From the IMG/VR virus record IMGVR_UViG_3300005294_000013: a stretch of 64,000 nucleotides of DNA. One strand, written 5' to 3'. Below, one piece after another: positions 56,914 through 64,000 of the stretch. Every line of letters starts with the position of its first letter. Position 1 is the stretch's first letter. The notes beneath the pieces are model-generated. The model was not told the origin of the DNA and ran no database searches. It saw only the letters and a list, made by a program, of their open reading frames with translations. The stretch is from an uncultured virus (IMG/VR IMGVR_UViG_3300005294_000013). Taxonomy: Duplodnaviria; Heunggongvirae; Uroviricota; Caudoviricetes. The translations under genes were made by a program, and so were the position numbers.

Positions 56914-58182
56914 ATGGCACGCAGGGCAACGCCGCTGACAGCGCGGCAGGTAGCAACGGCAAAACCAGGGGTCTACGGCGATGGGAACGGACTGTTCCTG
57001 ATCGTCCAGATGAGCGGCGCACGCGCCTGGGAAGTGCGTTACAAGGTCATCACCAGCCAGAAGCGCCGGTCGATGGGTATCGGCGGCGTCGACCACCCCT
57101 ACTCTCTGGCAGAAGCGCGCGAGCAGGCGCGCGCGATCCAGAAGGCGGCGAAGCTCGGCATCGATCCACGGGTCGAGCGGGCGCAACAGCGGGGGGAGGC
57201 AGCCAAGGTAGACGAGACGACCTTTCGATCCTTTCGATTCTGCGCTGAAGGATATATCGCAAGCCATCGATCTGCTTGGAAGAGCGCTCAGCATGCTCAA
57301 GACTGGGAGAGGTCGCTGACCAACCACGCCTACCCTCTCCTGGGTGATAGGCCGGTGCAGGACATTACCGCGCTCGATGTGTTGGAGGTGTTGCAGCCGA
57401 TCTGGTTGAAGATCCCCGAGACAGCCAGCCGGGTCCGCAACCGCATCGAGCTGGCGATCGACTGGGGCATCGCGATGGGTCATCGCACCAACGAGGCGAA
57501 CCCGGCGCGCTGGGCCGGTAAGCTGCGAATGCTGTTGCCGTCGCCGACCAAGGCCGCTGCGATGGAGCGTCTCACCAGCGGTCGACGAGAGCATTTCGAC
57601 GCGCTCCCCTGGCAGGAGCTGCCCGCCTTCGTCGCACGCCTGCGTGAGTACGAGTCCCTAACGGCGCGAGCGCTTGAGTTCACCATCCTCACCGTCGCTC
57701 GTACCAACATGACGCGGGCCGCGGAGTGGAACGAGGTCGATTTCGACGCGCGGGTGTGGACGGTCCCGGCGGTGCGGATGAAGATGGGTAAAGCCCACGA
57801 GGTACCCCTATCAGACCGGGCGGTAGAAATCCTAATCCAGCAAAAGGAATACGCCGATCGTACTCGCTCAAAGTTTATTTTCCCCGGCGTCGATCCACAA
57901 CGGCCCATCCACGATAACACAATGTACACGTTTCTAAAACGATACATGGGGCGTGACGATATCACTGTGCATGGTTTCCGCTCTACCTTCCGGCAGTGGG
58001 TAGCGGATAAAGAACTGCCACCTGACGCAGCCGAGATGGCGCTGGCTCATACCCTCGGCAAGGTGTTAGGGGCATACCAACGCAGTAAGCTGTTGGACCG
58101 GCGACGCCACCTGATGGATGCGTGGGCTAGGTTTATCTCCGGCGAAGACACGACAGTTATTGCGTTCCCAGTTCGAGCTTAG
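56914..58182 (+). CDS. int: Tyrosine integrase, P4-like with arm-binding domain
   Basis: YGDGNGLFL arm domain; catalytic R (TVART), HGFRST, LAH, AY. Confidence 0.95.
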   Translation: MARRATPLTARQVATAKPGVYGDGNGLFLIVQMSGARAWEVRYKVITSQKRRSMGIGGVDHPYSLAEAREQARAIQKAAKLGIDPRVERAQQRGEAAKVDETTFRSFRFCAEGYIASHRSAWKSAQHAQDWERSLTNHAYPLLGDRPVQDITALDVLEVLQPIWLKIPETASRVRNRIELAIDWGIAMGHRTNEANPARWAGKLRMLLPSPTKAAAMERLTSGRREHFDALPWQELPAFVARLREYESLTARALEFTILTVARTNMTRAAEWNEVDFDARVWTVPAVRMKMGKAHEVPLSDRAVEILIQQKEYADRTRSKFIFPGVDPQRPIHDNTMYTFLKRYMGRDDITVHGFRSTFRQWVADKELPPDAAEMALAHTLGKVLGAYQRSKLLDRRRHLMDAWARFISGEDTTVIAFPVRA

Positions 58183-58339
58183 CTAGGAACTCGCTGGGTG
58201 GGGTAATAATGATACGTACCCTGCCCAGCTTTACCGTTTTAATTTTCTTGTCTTTGATCAGCCGCCACGTCCCAGCCCGCGAGATACCTACTTTTGGATA
58301 CCACTCGCTGACCCGCCATCCTTGCTTTTCGTCATTCAT
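58157..58339 (-). CDS. Excisionase / AlpA-like directionality factor
   Basis: WRVSEW...GISRAGTWRLIKDKKIKTVKLGRVRII; convergent with integrase. Confidence 0.7.
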   Translation of the reverse strand: MNDEKQGWRVSEWYPKVGISRAGTWRLIKDKKIKTVKLGRVRIIITPPSEFLAKLELGTQ

Positions 58340-60593
58340 ATTTATCCCTCGACGGTAGGTCTGATGGTTGGGGGTTATCCTTACGCACATTATCGAGGAC
58401 GTGCGTTAGCTGCGGGTGTCGTAGATCAAACTCGACACACCGTGTGAGGTACGCTCCTGGTGGGTTAGCCCGGTTGGATTTACCTATCGTAGCGTGTTTA
58501 GCAGCGTCAATCTTCCATCTTAGTTCCATATCTTTTCTGAGTTGTTTCCAGTTGATATGATATTTCCTACACCATTCAATTAGAGTGTAGCGGTTGACCC
58601 GCATCACCTCATCCTCAAGCGCAATATGTATTTCTATACGTTTAGCATTTTGGTTTGGGTACCGTATCGCAACGGGTATGGTTTTTGTATTAAGATTAGT
58701 ACTCATAATATCGGTCACTAAAGTCTCTTGCTGGAACGACGATATAAATTTATCCAGCACCTCCTCGGCACCCTGGGCTAGAACTATTGCTTCCCCCCGC
58801 TCGCGGCGAAGGCTGTTAAAGTTGGTAAATAAGAAATCCCGCATGCTGGCGAGGTCGAAATTAACTAGTTTTAGGTGAAATGCGTATAAAGCGCCGAGTA
58901 AGATACAGGTAATAAATCCAATATAAAACCGCTCGCCAGCTTGTGGCTTAAGTATCTCCACAAGCTGCCTAGTGAAAGTGTGGTAGTCGTTTTGTACTCT
59001 ATCCATGTTTTGCGCCAGCCACGCTGCGTATACCGCGCCGGCAGTACCACGGTTAGCCTCAAACGCACCTACCAGACTCGTATCCGTATTGCCTTCGTAC
59101 ATTGTTTGGAGGGGGAATGAAAATAAACGCAACGCCCCCGCATCGGTCGTCGCACCAGTCATGTGGATTACATCATCCATAATTTCCTGGTTTGTTGTAA
59201 TCACACATATGCTACTCCACGCATTCACCTTACGCGCCGCCGCGTTGCGGTCGAGCCGGAGTTTGTCGCTACCCTCCGATATCGAGAACAACATCTCGAT
59301 AACTCGCTTACTACTATCATCATCGTAAATCCTAATCTCATCGAGGTACTGCGGCATCGAGTGCCACTTACCCAGCCGATCGCTAATAGCGTTGACGGTA
59401 TCTCGCAGCTTGATGTGGTTACCATGCCACGAGGTCCACACCGACTGCCCCGCGGCGGCAGCGGTGGATTTAGCAGTACCGGACGCGCCATAGGTCGAAG
59501 CGATTAGCCCCCCGCCAAAATGCCCGAGCTGGACTAGCGGTGCTGCGAAGGCGGCGGCCACGACGATTTGTATATCCGGCCGATCCTTGATCAGGGTGTT
59601 TACCGCCTGGGTCCAAGGCTCACGCTTGCCCTTTGGTGTGAAGTCAGCCGCCATGATCGGGTCGGAACAGACAATCGACCGGGTGCTGCCATCGGGCTGG
59701 TACAATATGTCCCCAACAGCAAACCCGGCCTTGCTCCAGGTACAAGGTTTGATATCGTCATGCACCTGCATCATATTTTCTAAATGTTTGATCCAGGCCA
59801 CGAGAAATCTCCCAAACGTCTTTGCTTCGTGATCGTGTAGTGTGATGTGCTGCCGCGCAAAATATTGTCGAGCATGCTGCTCGGTAGGGATCGATACCTC
59901 GTCGAAATAAACATAATGTCCAGGGTTGTGGGTAAAAGACAGACGATACCCTTCCGCTAATTTGATCAACCGCGGTGCGACGACCATGCTTTTTATCACC
60001 GCCACCCAGTCGGCCTCGCCCGACTTGTCGACCAGGCGGGCCTCGAGCCAGCCCTGGGCGCGCCGGTAGCCCACCGGCATATCCCAGTTCTCGACACCGA
60101 GGCTGAGCGGCGAGCGGATGTGGCCCCAGTGCGGGCAGCTCGGACACACGTCTCGCCGGTAGCCGTGGTATTTGGTGCAGGTGGGAAGCCCCAGAGCCTT
60201 GCGGGTGCGCTCATCGTGCGCTCGCTGCAACTCCGCGTCGGTGTCAGTCCTCGAGTAGGCAGCGTGCCCCTGCCCCAGCCGGTGCGCGTACTCGTCGCCG
60301 TCAACGCACCCGGTTGCTAGCGTGACGTGCCCCAGGTACCAGAGGTCGCGTGAATCCTGCGCGCCGCCGGTCGCCAGCGAGGTCTTTACTTGGGCGCAGC
60401 GCTCGGCGATCAATGCCATGTAGTGCGGCCGGCGCTCGATGCCGGTCTGCACCGCGGCGTTGAGCCCCTCGTGCCCAGCGAAGGCGCTGGAGGGGCCTCC
60501 GCTCAAGCCGCTGTCGGTGGGTTCGCGCTGTTCGACGAGGTGCTTGTAGGGCGCTAGGGCGGCGTCTAGCTCCCCCCTGTCAATCGGTCCCAT
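58332..60593 (-). CDS. DUF927-type replicative helicase with primase C-terminal/Zn region
   Basis: PTC...CPSCPH, Walker A GASGTAKST, Walker B YLDE, SEGSDKLRL. Confidence 0.85.
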   Translation of the reverse strand: MGPIDRGELDAALAPYKHLVEQREPTDSGLSGGPSSAFAGHEGLNAAVQTGIERRPHYMALIAERCAQVKTSLATGGAQDSRDLWYLGHVTLATGCVDGDEYAHRLGQGHAAYSRTDTDAELQRAHDERTRKALGLPTCTKYHGYRRDVCPSCPHWGHIRSPLSLGVENWDMPVGYRRAQGWLEARLVDKSGEADWVAVIKSMVVAPRLIKLAEGYRLSFTHNPGHYVYFDEVSIPTEQHARQYFARQHITLHDHEAKTFGRFLVAWIKHLENMMQVHDDIKPCTWSKAGFAVGDILYQPDGSTRSIVCSDPIMAADFTPKGKREPWTQAVNTLIKDRPDIQIVVAAAFAAPLVQLGHFGGGLIASTYGASGTAKSTAAAAGQSVWTSWHGNHIKLRDTVNAISDRLGKWHSMPQYLDEIRIYDDDSSKRVIEMLFSISEGSDKLRLDRNAAARKVNAWSSICVITTNQEIMDDVIHMTGATTDAGALRLFSFPLQTMYEGNTDTSLVGAFEANRGTAGAVYAAWLAQNMDRVQNDYHTFTRQLVEILKPQAGERFYIGFITCILLGALYAFHLKLVNFDLASMRDFLFTNFNSLRRERGEAIVLAQGAEEVLDKFISSFQQETLVTDIMSTNLNTKTIPVAIRYPNQNAKRIEIHIALEDEVMRVNRYTLIEWCRKYHINWKQLRKDMELRWKIDAAKHATIGKSNRANPPGAYLTRCVEFDLRHPQLTHVLDNVRKDNPQPSDLPSRDKYE

Positions 60594-61242
60594 AATTTGC
60601 CGCTGGGGTGAGCGTGTCCCATAGGACTGTAACCGGCATCGGCTGCTCTGGGATTTTATGGTTGCGCGTGTTAGGAGGGCGCAGGATGCGGCTAGCGTCG
60701 CTGGTAATCTGGACATCGCCAGGAGCCTTATGGGCGATCAACGCCGCCTTCACCAACTCAGCACGAGGCTGCCACTCAACACGTAGGAAAGTTTGGTCAA
60801 TGACCCAATACAAGTGTACGCCGTAACCGCTGCGTATGGCTAAATTAGGTTGTGGTATTTTCAAATTGGCGACGAAGCTTCTAACCTCATTTAAATTAGC
60901 AAAGCAACGAGATGGGTCTTTACCATCACCATCGCGTTTAATATCGGCGTCATACCAAAAACATTGCAGTCGATCGACATTGGCGTGGGTCCGTTCCCCC
61001 TTGTATTTTGGGTTTCCCAGCGGATCGTGTCCCGTAGCCTCCGCTAATTTAAACGATGCCGGGGAATACCAGACATCCATGTTCTTGCCATCAGCCCAGC
61101 GGATGAACGAGGCCGCTTCCTGGGTGCTTGCTCGGGGAAAAAATCTTGTCCCCATCGGTTTACCCGGCCCCTTGTAGCAGACTGCGAAGAACGCACCGGG
61201 CGCAACAACGCTCGCCAGAAATGTGGCGGTATCCATCAGCAA
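60580..61242 (-). CDS. AEP/RepB-type primase domain
   Basis: WYDAD, RSGYGVHLYW, DASRILRPPNTRNHK. Confidence 0.85.
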   Translation of the reverse strand: MLMDTATFLASVVAPGAFFAVCYKGPGKPMGTRFFPRASTQEAASFIRWADGKNMDVWYSPASFKLAEATGHDPLGNPKYKGERTHANVDRLQCFWYDADIKRDGDGKDPSRCFANLNEVRSFVANLKIPQPNLAIRSGYGVHLYWVIDQTFLRVEWQPRAELVKAALIAHKAPGDVQITSDASRILRPPNTRNHKIPEQPMPVTVLWDTLTPAANYGTD

Positions 61243-61251
61243 ACCCCTTGG

Positions 61252-61281
61252 GAAAAGAAAGCGGGGCTTTAAGCCCCGCTT
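61252..61281 (-). terminator. Intrinsic terminator
   Basis: AAGCGGGGCTT-T-AAGCCCCGCTT followed by TCTTTTC on minus strand. Confidence 0.7.
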
Positions 61282-61288
61282 GTAATGG

Positions 61289-62467
61289 CTAGTCGACGCG
61301 GGTCGCTAGCAGTGCGTCAATGGCAGCGTTCAGCCCGGCGGGTGCCGTGGATACCGGCGACCCGGCACCGTTAGGCGAGGGCGGCTCCGGCGCTGTTCTT
61401 ACACCCGGTGACGCGGAAAGAGGGGCAGTATGCGAAGCCGGCGCGTTGCCCGACGGCGCACCGGCAGCGATAGGGGCGGCACCGCCAAAGGTGGCGGGCC
61501 GCCGCATCGGTGTAACCTTACGAGCTGCTTGGGATGCTTGCAACTCGGCCTCCTTCTCTCGCGCATAGACCGCAGCCTGCTGCGCCTCGGCAATCGCAGC
61601 TTGCGGGGGTGGCGGCGGAGGCTCTGGCGCAGGTGGAGGAGGGGGAGGTGGTGCCGGAGGTTCCGTTGGCGTCTCCGGCTCCGGCTCGGGGTCACCCTCA
61701 CCCACCGCCGGCATCGCGACGCTGTCGACCAGGATGCGACCTACTACGGGGTGCGCCATGACCCCTGACTTGCCATCCGGCCCGACGACCTGGCGGGCTT
61801 CCTCATCGGTGAGCCAGCGCACCGCCGAGAATGTCAATTGCGGGTATGCCAGCTCATGCGAGAACCCGATCCTGGTTACCAGCGCCTCCAGCGGAGCCCC
61901 GCGGCGAGCCAGATTGCCGGCGTAGAGCGACAGGTTGGCGAGGCTGGTCGGCGGCACCCGCAGCAGCATCGGGCCGCCGTAAGATTCATTCTCGAGGTCC
62001 AACGCCGGCACGATCGCGAGGCGCTTACTGTCGGCGCAGCGCTTAGCGCGCTTATTGTCGTCGGTCATCCTCGAGCCCCACTCGTTCTGGGGGCACCTGG
62101 CGCAGAGTGCCGCCTGCTTAGCCGGCACATTAGGCTCCGGCTTGATGCCATCGAGCGAGTAGCAGTCCGGCGGCTGATCGCTGCCTTCAGTGTAGGGCTT
62201 GAGGTAGAAGATCTTACTCACGGCTGCCGAGGCGCCAATAATAACCGCCTCGATAGTCTGGGCCGGCTGGTCTGGCCGCACCGGATCACGCACAATGTCT
62301 TCGTCACCCTGGTAAACTAGGCGCCAGACCTTGCCGCGAAAGGTGACGACGGCAAATCCCAACGGGATGTTTGCTTGGGCGGCGCTGTTGAGCCCAGAGG
62401 TTCTACCCTGATAGATACTCGGGGGCCGCCCTTGATCGAGGACGGCTAGGGCGTTCACTCCACTCAT
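61289..62467 (-). CDS. Conserved replication-module protein (putative ssDNA-binding) with Cys motifs and Pro-rich tail
   Basis: PDCYSLDG..P, CARCPQNEWGS, KRCADSKRLA, LLRVPPTSL; function inferred from position. Confidence 0.65.
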   Translation of the reverse strand: MSGVNALAVLDQGRPPSIYQGRTSGLNSAAQANIPLGFAVVTFRGKVWRLVYQGDEDIVRDPVRPDQPAQTIEAVIIGASAAVSKIFYLKPYTEGSDQPPDCYSLDGIKPEPNVPAKQAALCARCPQNEWGSRMTDDNKRAKRCADSKRLAIVPALDLENESYGGPMLLRVPPTSLANLSLYAGNLARRGAPLEALVTRIGFSHELAYPQLTFSAVRWLTDEEARQVVGPDGKSGVMAHPVVGRILVDSVAMPAVGEGDPEPEPETPTEPPAPPPPPPPAPEPPPPPPQAAIAEAQQAAVYAREKEAELQASQAARKVTPMRRPATFGGAAPIAAGAPSGNAPASHTAPLSASPGVRTAPEPPSPNGAGSPVSTAPAGLNAAIDALLATRVD

Positions 62468-62499
62468 ACGGAAATCCTTCCTATCGCAGCTATAGTCAC

Positions 62500-62916
62500 T
62501 CAGCTCCGGCGAACGCGCAAGACGGTTTCTTGGCTCATGTTAACTCCCGGCACCGGTTCACTTGTCTCGTCCATCAGTGACATTACGGCAGTTTTGCTGA
62601 CCCTTGCTTCGAGCAGATCCCAGGCTTGGTTGGCTAGGATATAGGACAGTGTCGCGGGCCAGTCCTTGACGGTGACAGATGTCTCGGTGTTCATGTACAC
62701 CGTGCCATCAGGTGACGACATGGAAGTGACACCAGCGGCCTGAAGCTCGCTCAAGATCATGTTGGCTAGCGTCGACAACATGTCGTTGAACGGGTGCAGG
62801 ATCTTTTTATGGTGTTCTTGAAGTTGTTCCTTCCTTCGGCGCAGTGCCAGATACCTTTGTGTCATCTCCGCTACTGACAGTGGTGCTTCTGGTGCTGCTG
62901 GATTTGGTGCGGGCAC
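62500..62916 (-). CDS. Conserved hypothetical protein, second copy of 272..709
   Basis: Near-identical C-terminal ~115 aa. Confidence 0.8.
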   Translation of the reverse strand: MPAPNPAAPEAPLSVAEMTQRYLALRRRKEQLQEHHKKILHPFNDMLSTLANMILSELQAAGVTSMSSPDGTVYMNTETSVTVKDWPATLSYILANQAWDLLEARVSKTAVMSLMDETSEPVPGVNMSQETVLRVRRS

Positions 62917-63265
62917 TCGCTCCTCCTGCGGTGTATGTCACCTCGGTGATGTGATCGCCGGTCGGTTTTTCTTCACTCGGCGGTGCCATCTGTGTCTGGA
63001 TCGCGCGAGCGTGGTAGACCGCCAGCCCGTCTTGAATCCACTGGTTGATCCGCGTTGGCATGTCGGGCTCACCCAGGTGGGCAGACCACAACGTTAGGTA
63101 ACCTTCCTGCGAGTGGTCATACAGAAACTGGATAAATTCCGGCGGTGCCGGCTGGGTGGGATCGAGCCCGGCCGCATCGAGGTCGAGCAGGGTCATCGGT
63201 AGTGGGTCAGACATCAGGGTTCCTCCTTGGTAGGTGGTTGCGGTGGGGGCTTGGGAGATTGCCAT
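62807..63265 (-). CDS. Second copy of 579..1319, lacking the Ig-like domain
   Basis: Same N-terminus and equivalent stop position. Confidence 0.7.
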   Translation of the reverse strand: MAISQAPTATTYQGGTLMSDPLPMTLLDLDAAGLDPTQPAPPEFIQFLYDHSQEGYLTLWSAHLGEPDMPTRINQWIQDGLAVYHARAIQTQMAPPSEEKPTGDHITEVTYTAGGASARTKSSSTRSTTVSSGDDTKVSGTAPKEGTTSRTP

Positions 63266-63355
63266 TACTACTCCTTGATTTGGCTCCAGAGTTTCGCCGC
63301 ATCCTCCTCGGTGCGGTGATCTCGCACGATATGCTGTGTCGCCGCCTCCATCGCC

Positions 63356-63667
63356 TTACGCCCGCCCATTGATTTCCGGCTGGCCCTCGAAGCGCGCGAT
63401 CATTTCCTTCATCAGCGTGACGACATCTTGCCGGTTGGCGCCGTTCGACATGTAGTTGCAGCGCCCGGTCGTCTCGCCGTAGGGAAACACCATCACCACG
63501 ATGCCGGTTTGGCGCGCGTCGCCCTTGGCGCCGCCGTTTAGAAACTCATCGAGCGTCTGCATGATCGCGGTCATTCGTTCGTGATACTTGGCCTCGACCG
63601 GCGCATCACCGAGCTGTTGGTGCGGGCGTTGCTGATAGAACTCCCGGCGGCGTTTGCTTTCGCCCAT
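63356..63667 (-). CDS. Hypothetical phage protein
   Basis: GIVVMVFPYGE..GRCNYMSNGANRQDVVTLMKE. Confidence 0.7.
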   Translation of the reverse strand: MGESKRRREFYQQRPHQQLGDAPVEAKYHERMTAIMQTLDEFLNGGAKGDARQTGIVVMVFPYGETTGRCNYMSNGANRQDVVTLMKEMIARFEGQPEINGRA

Positions 63668-63670
63668 CGT

Positions 63671-63889
63671 CTATCTCGTGATGTGTTTGACGGCCCACAT
63701 GACCGCCTCTTCGATTTTGGTCTTAGCCAGGGACAACTCGCGGCTATTACCTGTATGGTCGCACATTAGATAAAATGACCTACCGGCATCTTTTATCGCT
63801 TGCATTTGCAGCTTCTCGGTGTCGGTGAGTACGCGGTACTCGTGACGCATCACATTGTTGACGACGCGTTCGTCTGATGTGCTATCCAC
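63671..63889 (-). CDS. Acb2/Tad1-like helical hairpin protein (candidate cyclic-nucleotide sponge)
   Basis: YRVLTDTEKLQMQAIKDAG and SRELSLAKTKIEEAVMWAVK; GTG 63889 with SD AAGGAG. Confidence 0.7.
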   Translation of the reverse strand: MDSTSDERVVNNVMRHEYRVLTDTEKLQMQAIKDAGRSFYLMCDHTGNSRELSLAKTKIEEAVMWAVKHITR

Positions 63890-64000
63890 TATATCAACTC
63901 CTTCTCCTGGGCGAGCCATTCCGGCATCGTCACAGTGCCATCGTCGTTGACTTCTATCTGCGACAGAGGCAGCCAGACGGTGTGATCTCCGTCGAAGAAC
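63889..64000 (-). CDS. 3' end of small phage protein (partial)
   Basis: ...VWLPLSQIEVNDDGTVTMPEWLAQEKELI*. Confidence 0.6.
   Translation of the reverse strand, partial: FFDGDHTVWLPLSQIEVNDDGTVTMPEWLAQEKELI

Larger units (their letters stand above)
62229..63265. repeat. Diverged direct repeat of ~1..1320
   Basis: Offset 62228; ~20 mismatches in first 239 nt by hand count, mostly synonymous; internal indel. Confidence 0.95.
1..64000. mobile_element. Temperate dsDNA phage (podovirus-like morphogenesis); ~62.2 kb unit plus start of a diverged second copy
   Basis: Terminase, portal, capsid, tail/ejection genes, PolA, primase-helicase and integrase present; no host housekeeping genes seen; phage genes on both sides of the integrase. 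Confidence 0.95.

Noticed and set aside
62229..64000. Exact terminal repeat proving a circular complete genome
   Set aside because: Copies differ by many synonymous substitutions, a domain indel and upstream gene content.

Overview
The whole window is phage DNA: a GC-rich temperate dsDNA phage with podovirus-like virion genes and a probably alphaproteobacterial host (inferred from small RHH/HTH genes). One genome unit is about 62.2 kb. Leftward replication genes (SNF2-like helicase, VRR-NUC, PD-(D/E)XK exonuclease, Leu762-type family A DNA polymerase) and a run of small early genes are followed by a ~1 kb non-coding region with iteron-like repeats and a leftward terminase. The rightward virion module has portal, scaffold, capsid, adaptors, a beta-helix tailspike, a nozzle, a 2362-aa fibre, a GNAT and ejection proteins including a 2911-aa polyvalent protein. 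After it come two ParB-like genes, a Cro-like gene, an attP-like region with tyrosine integrase and excisionase, and a primase/DUF927 helicase. From 62229 the sequence repeats the window start as a diverged copy (~92% over the first 239 nt, hand count) with different neighbouring genes, including an Acb2/Tad1-like anti-defence candidate. Best leads: the Acb2/Tad1-like gene, a glycosylase-like domain in the giant injected protein, a repeated intergenic hairpin plus GAGGGCTGA unit in the early operon, a three-way-junction RNA, and ParB-like genes where a CI repressor is expected. All family calls come from motif recognition by eye; no database search was run.
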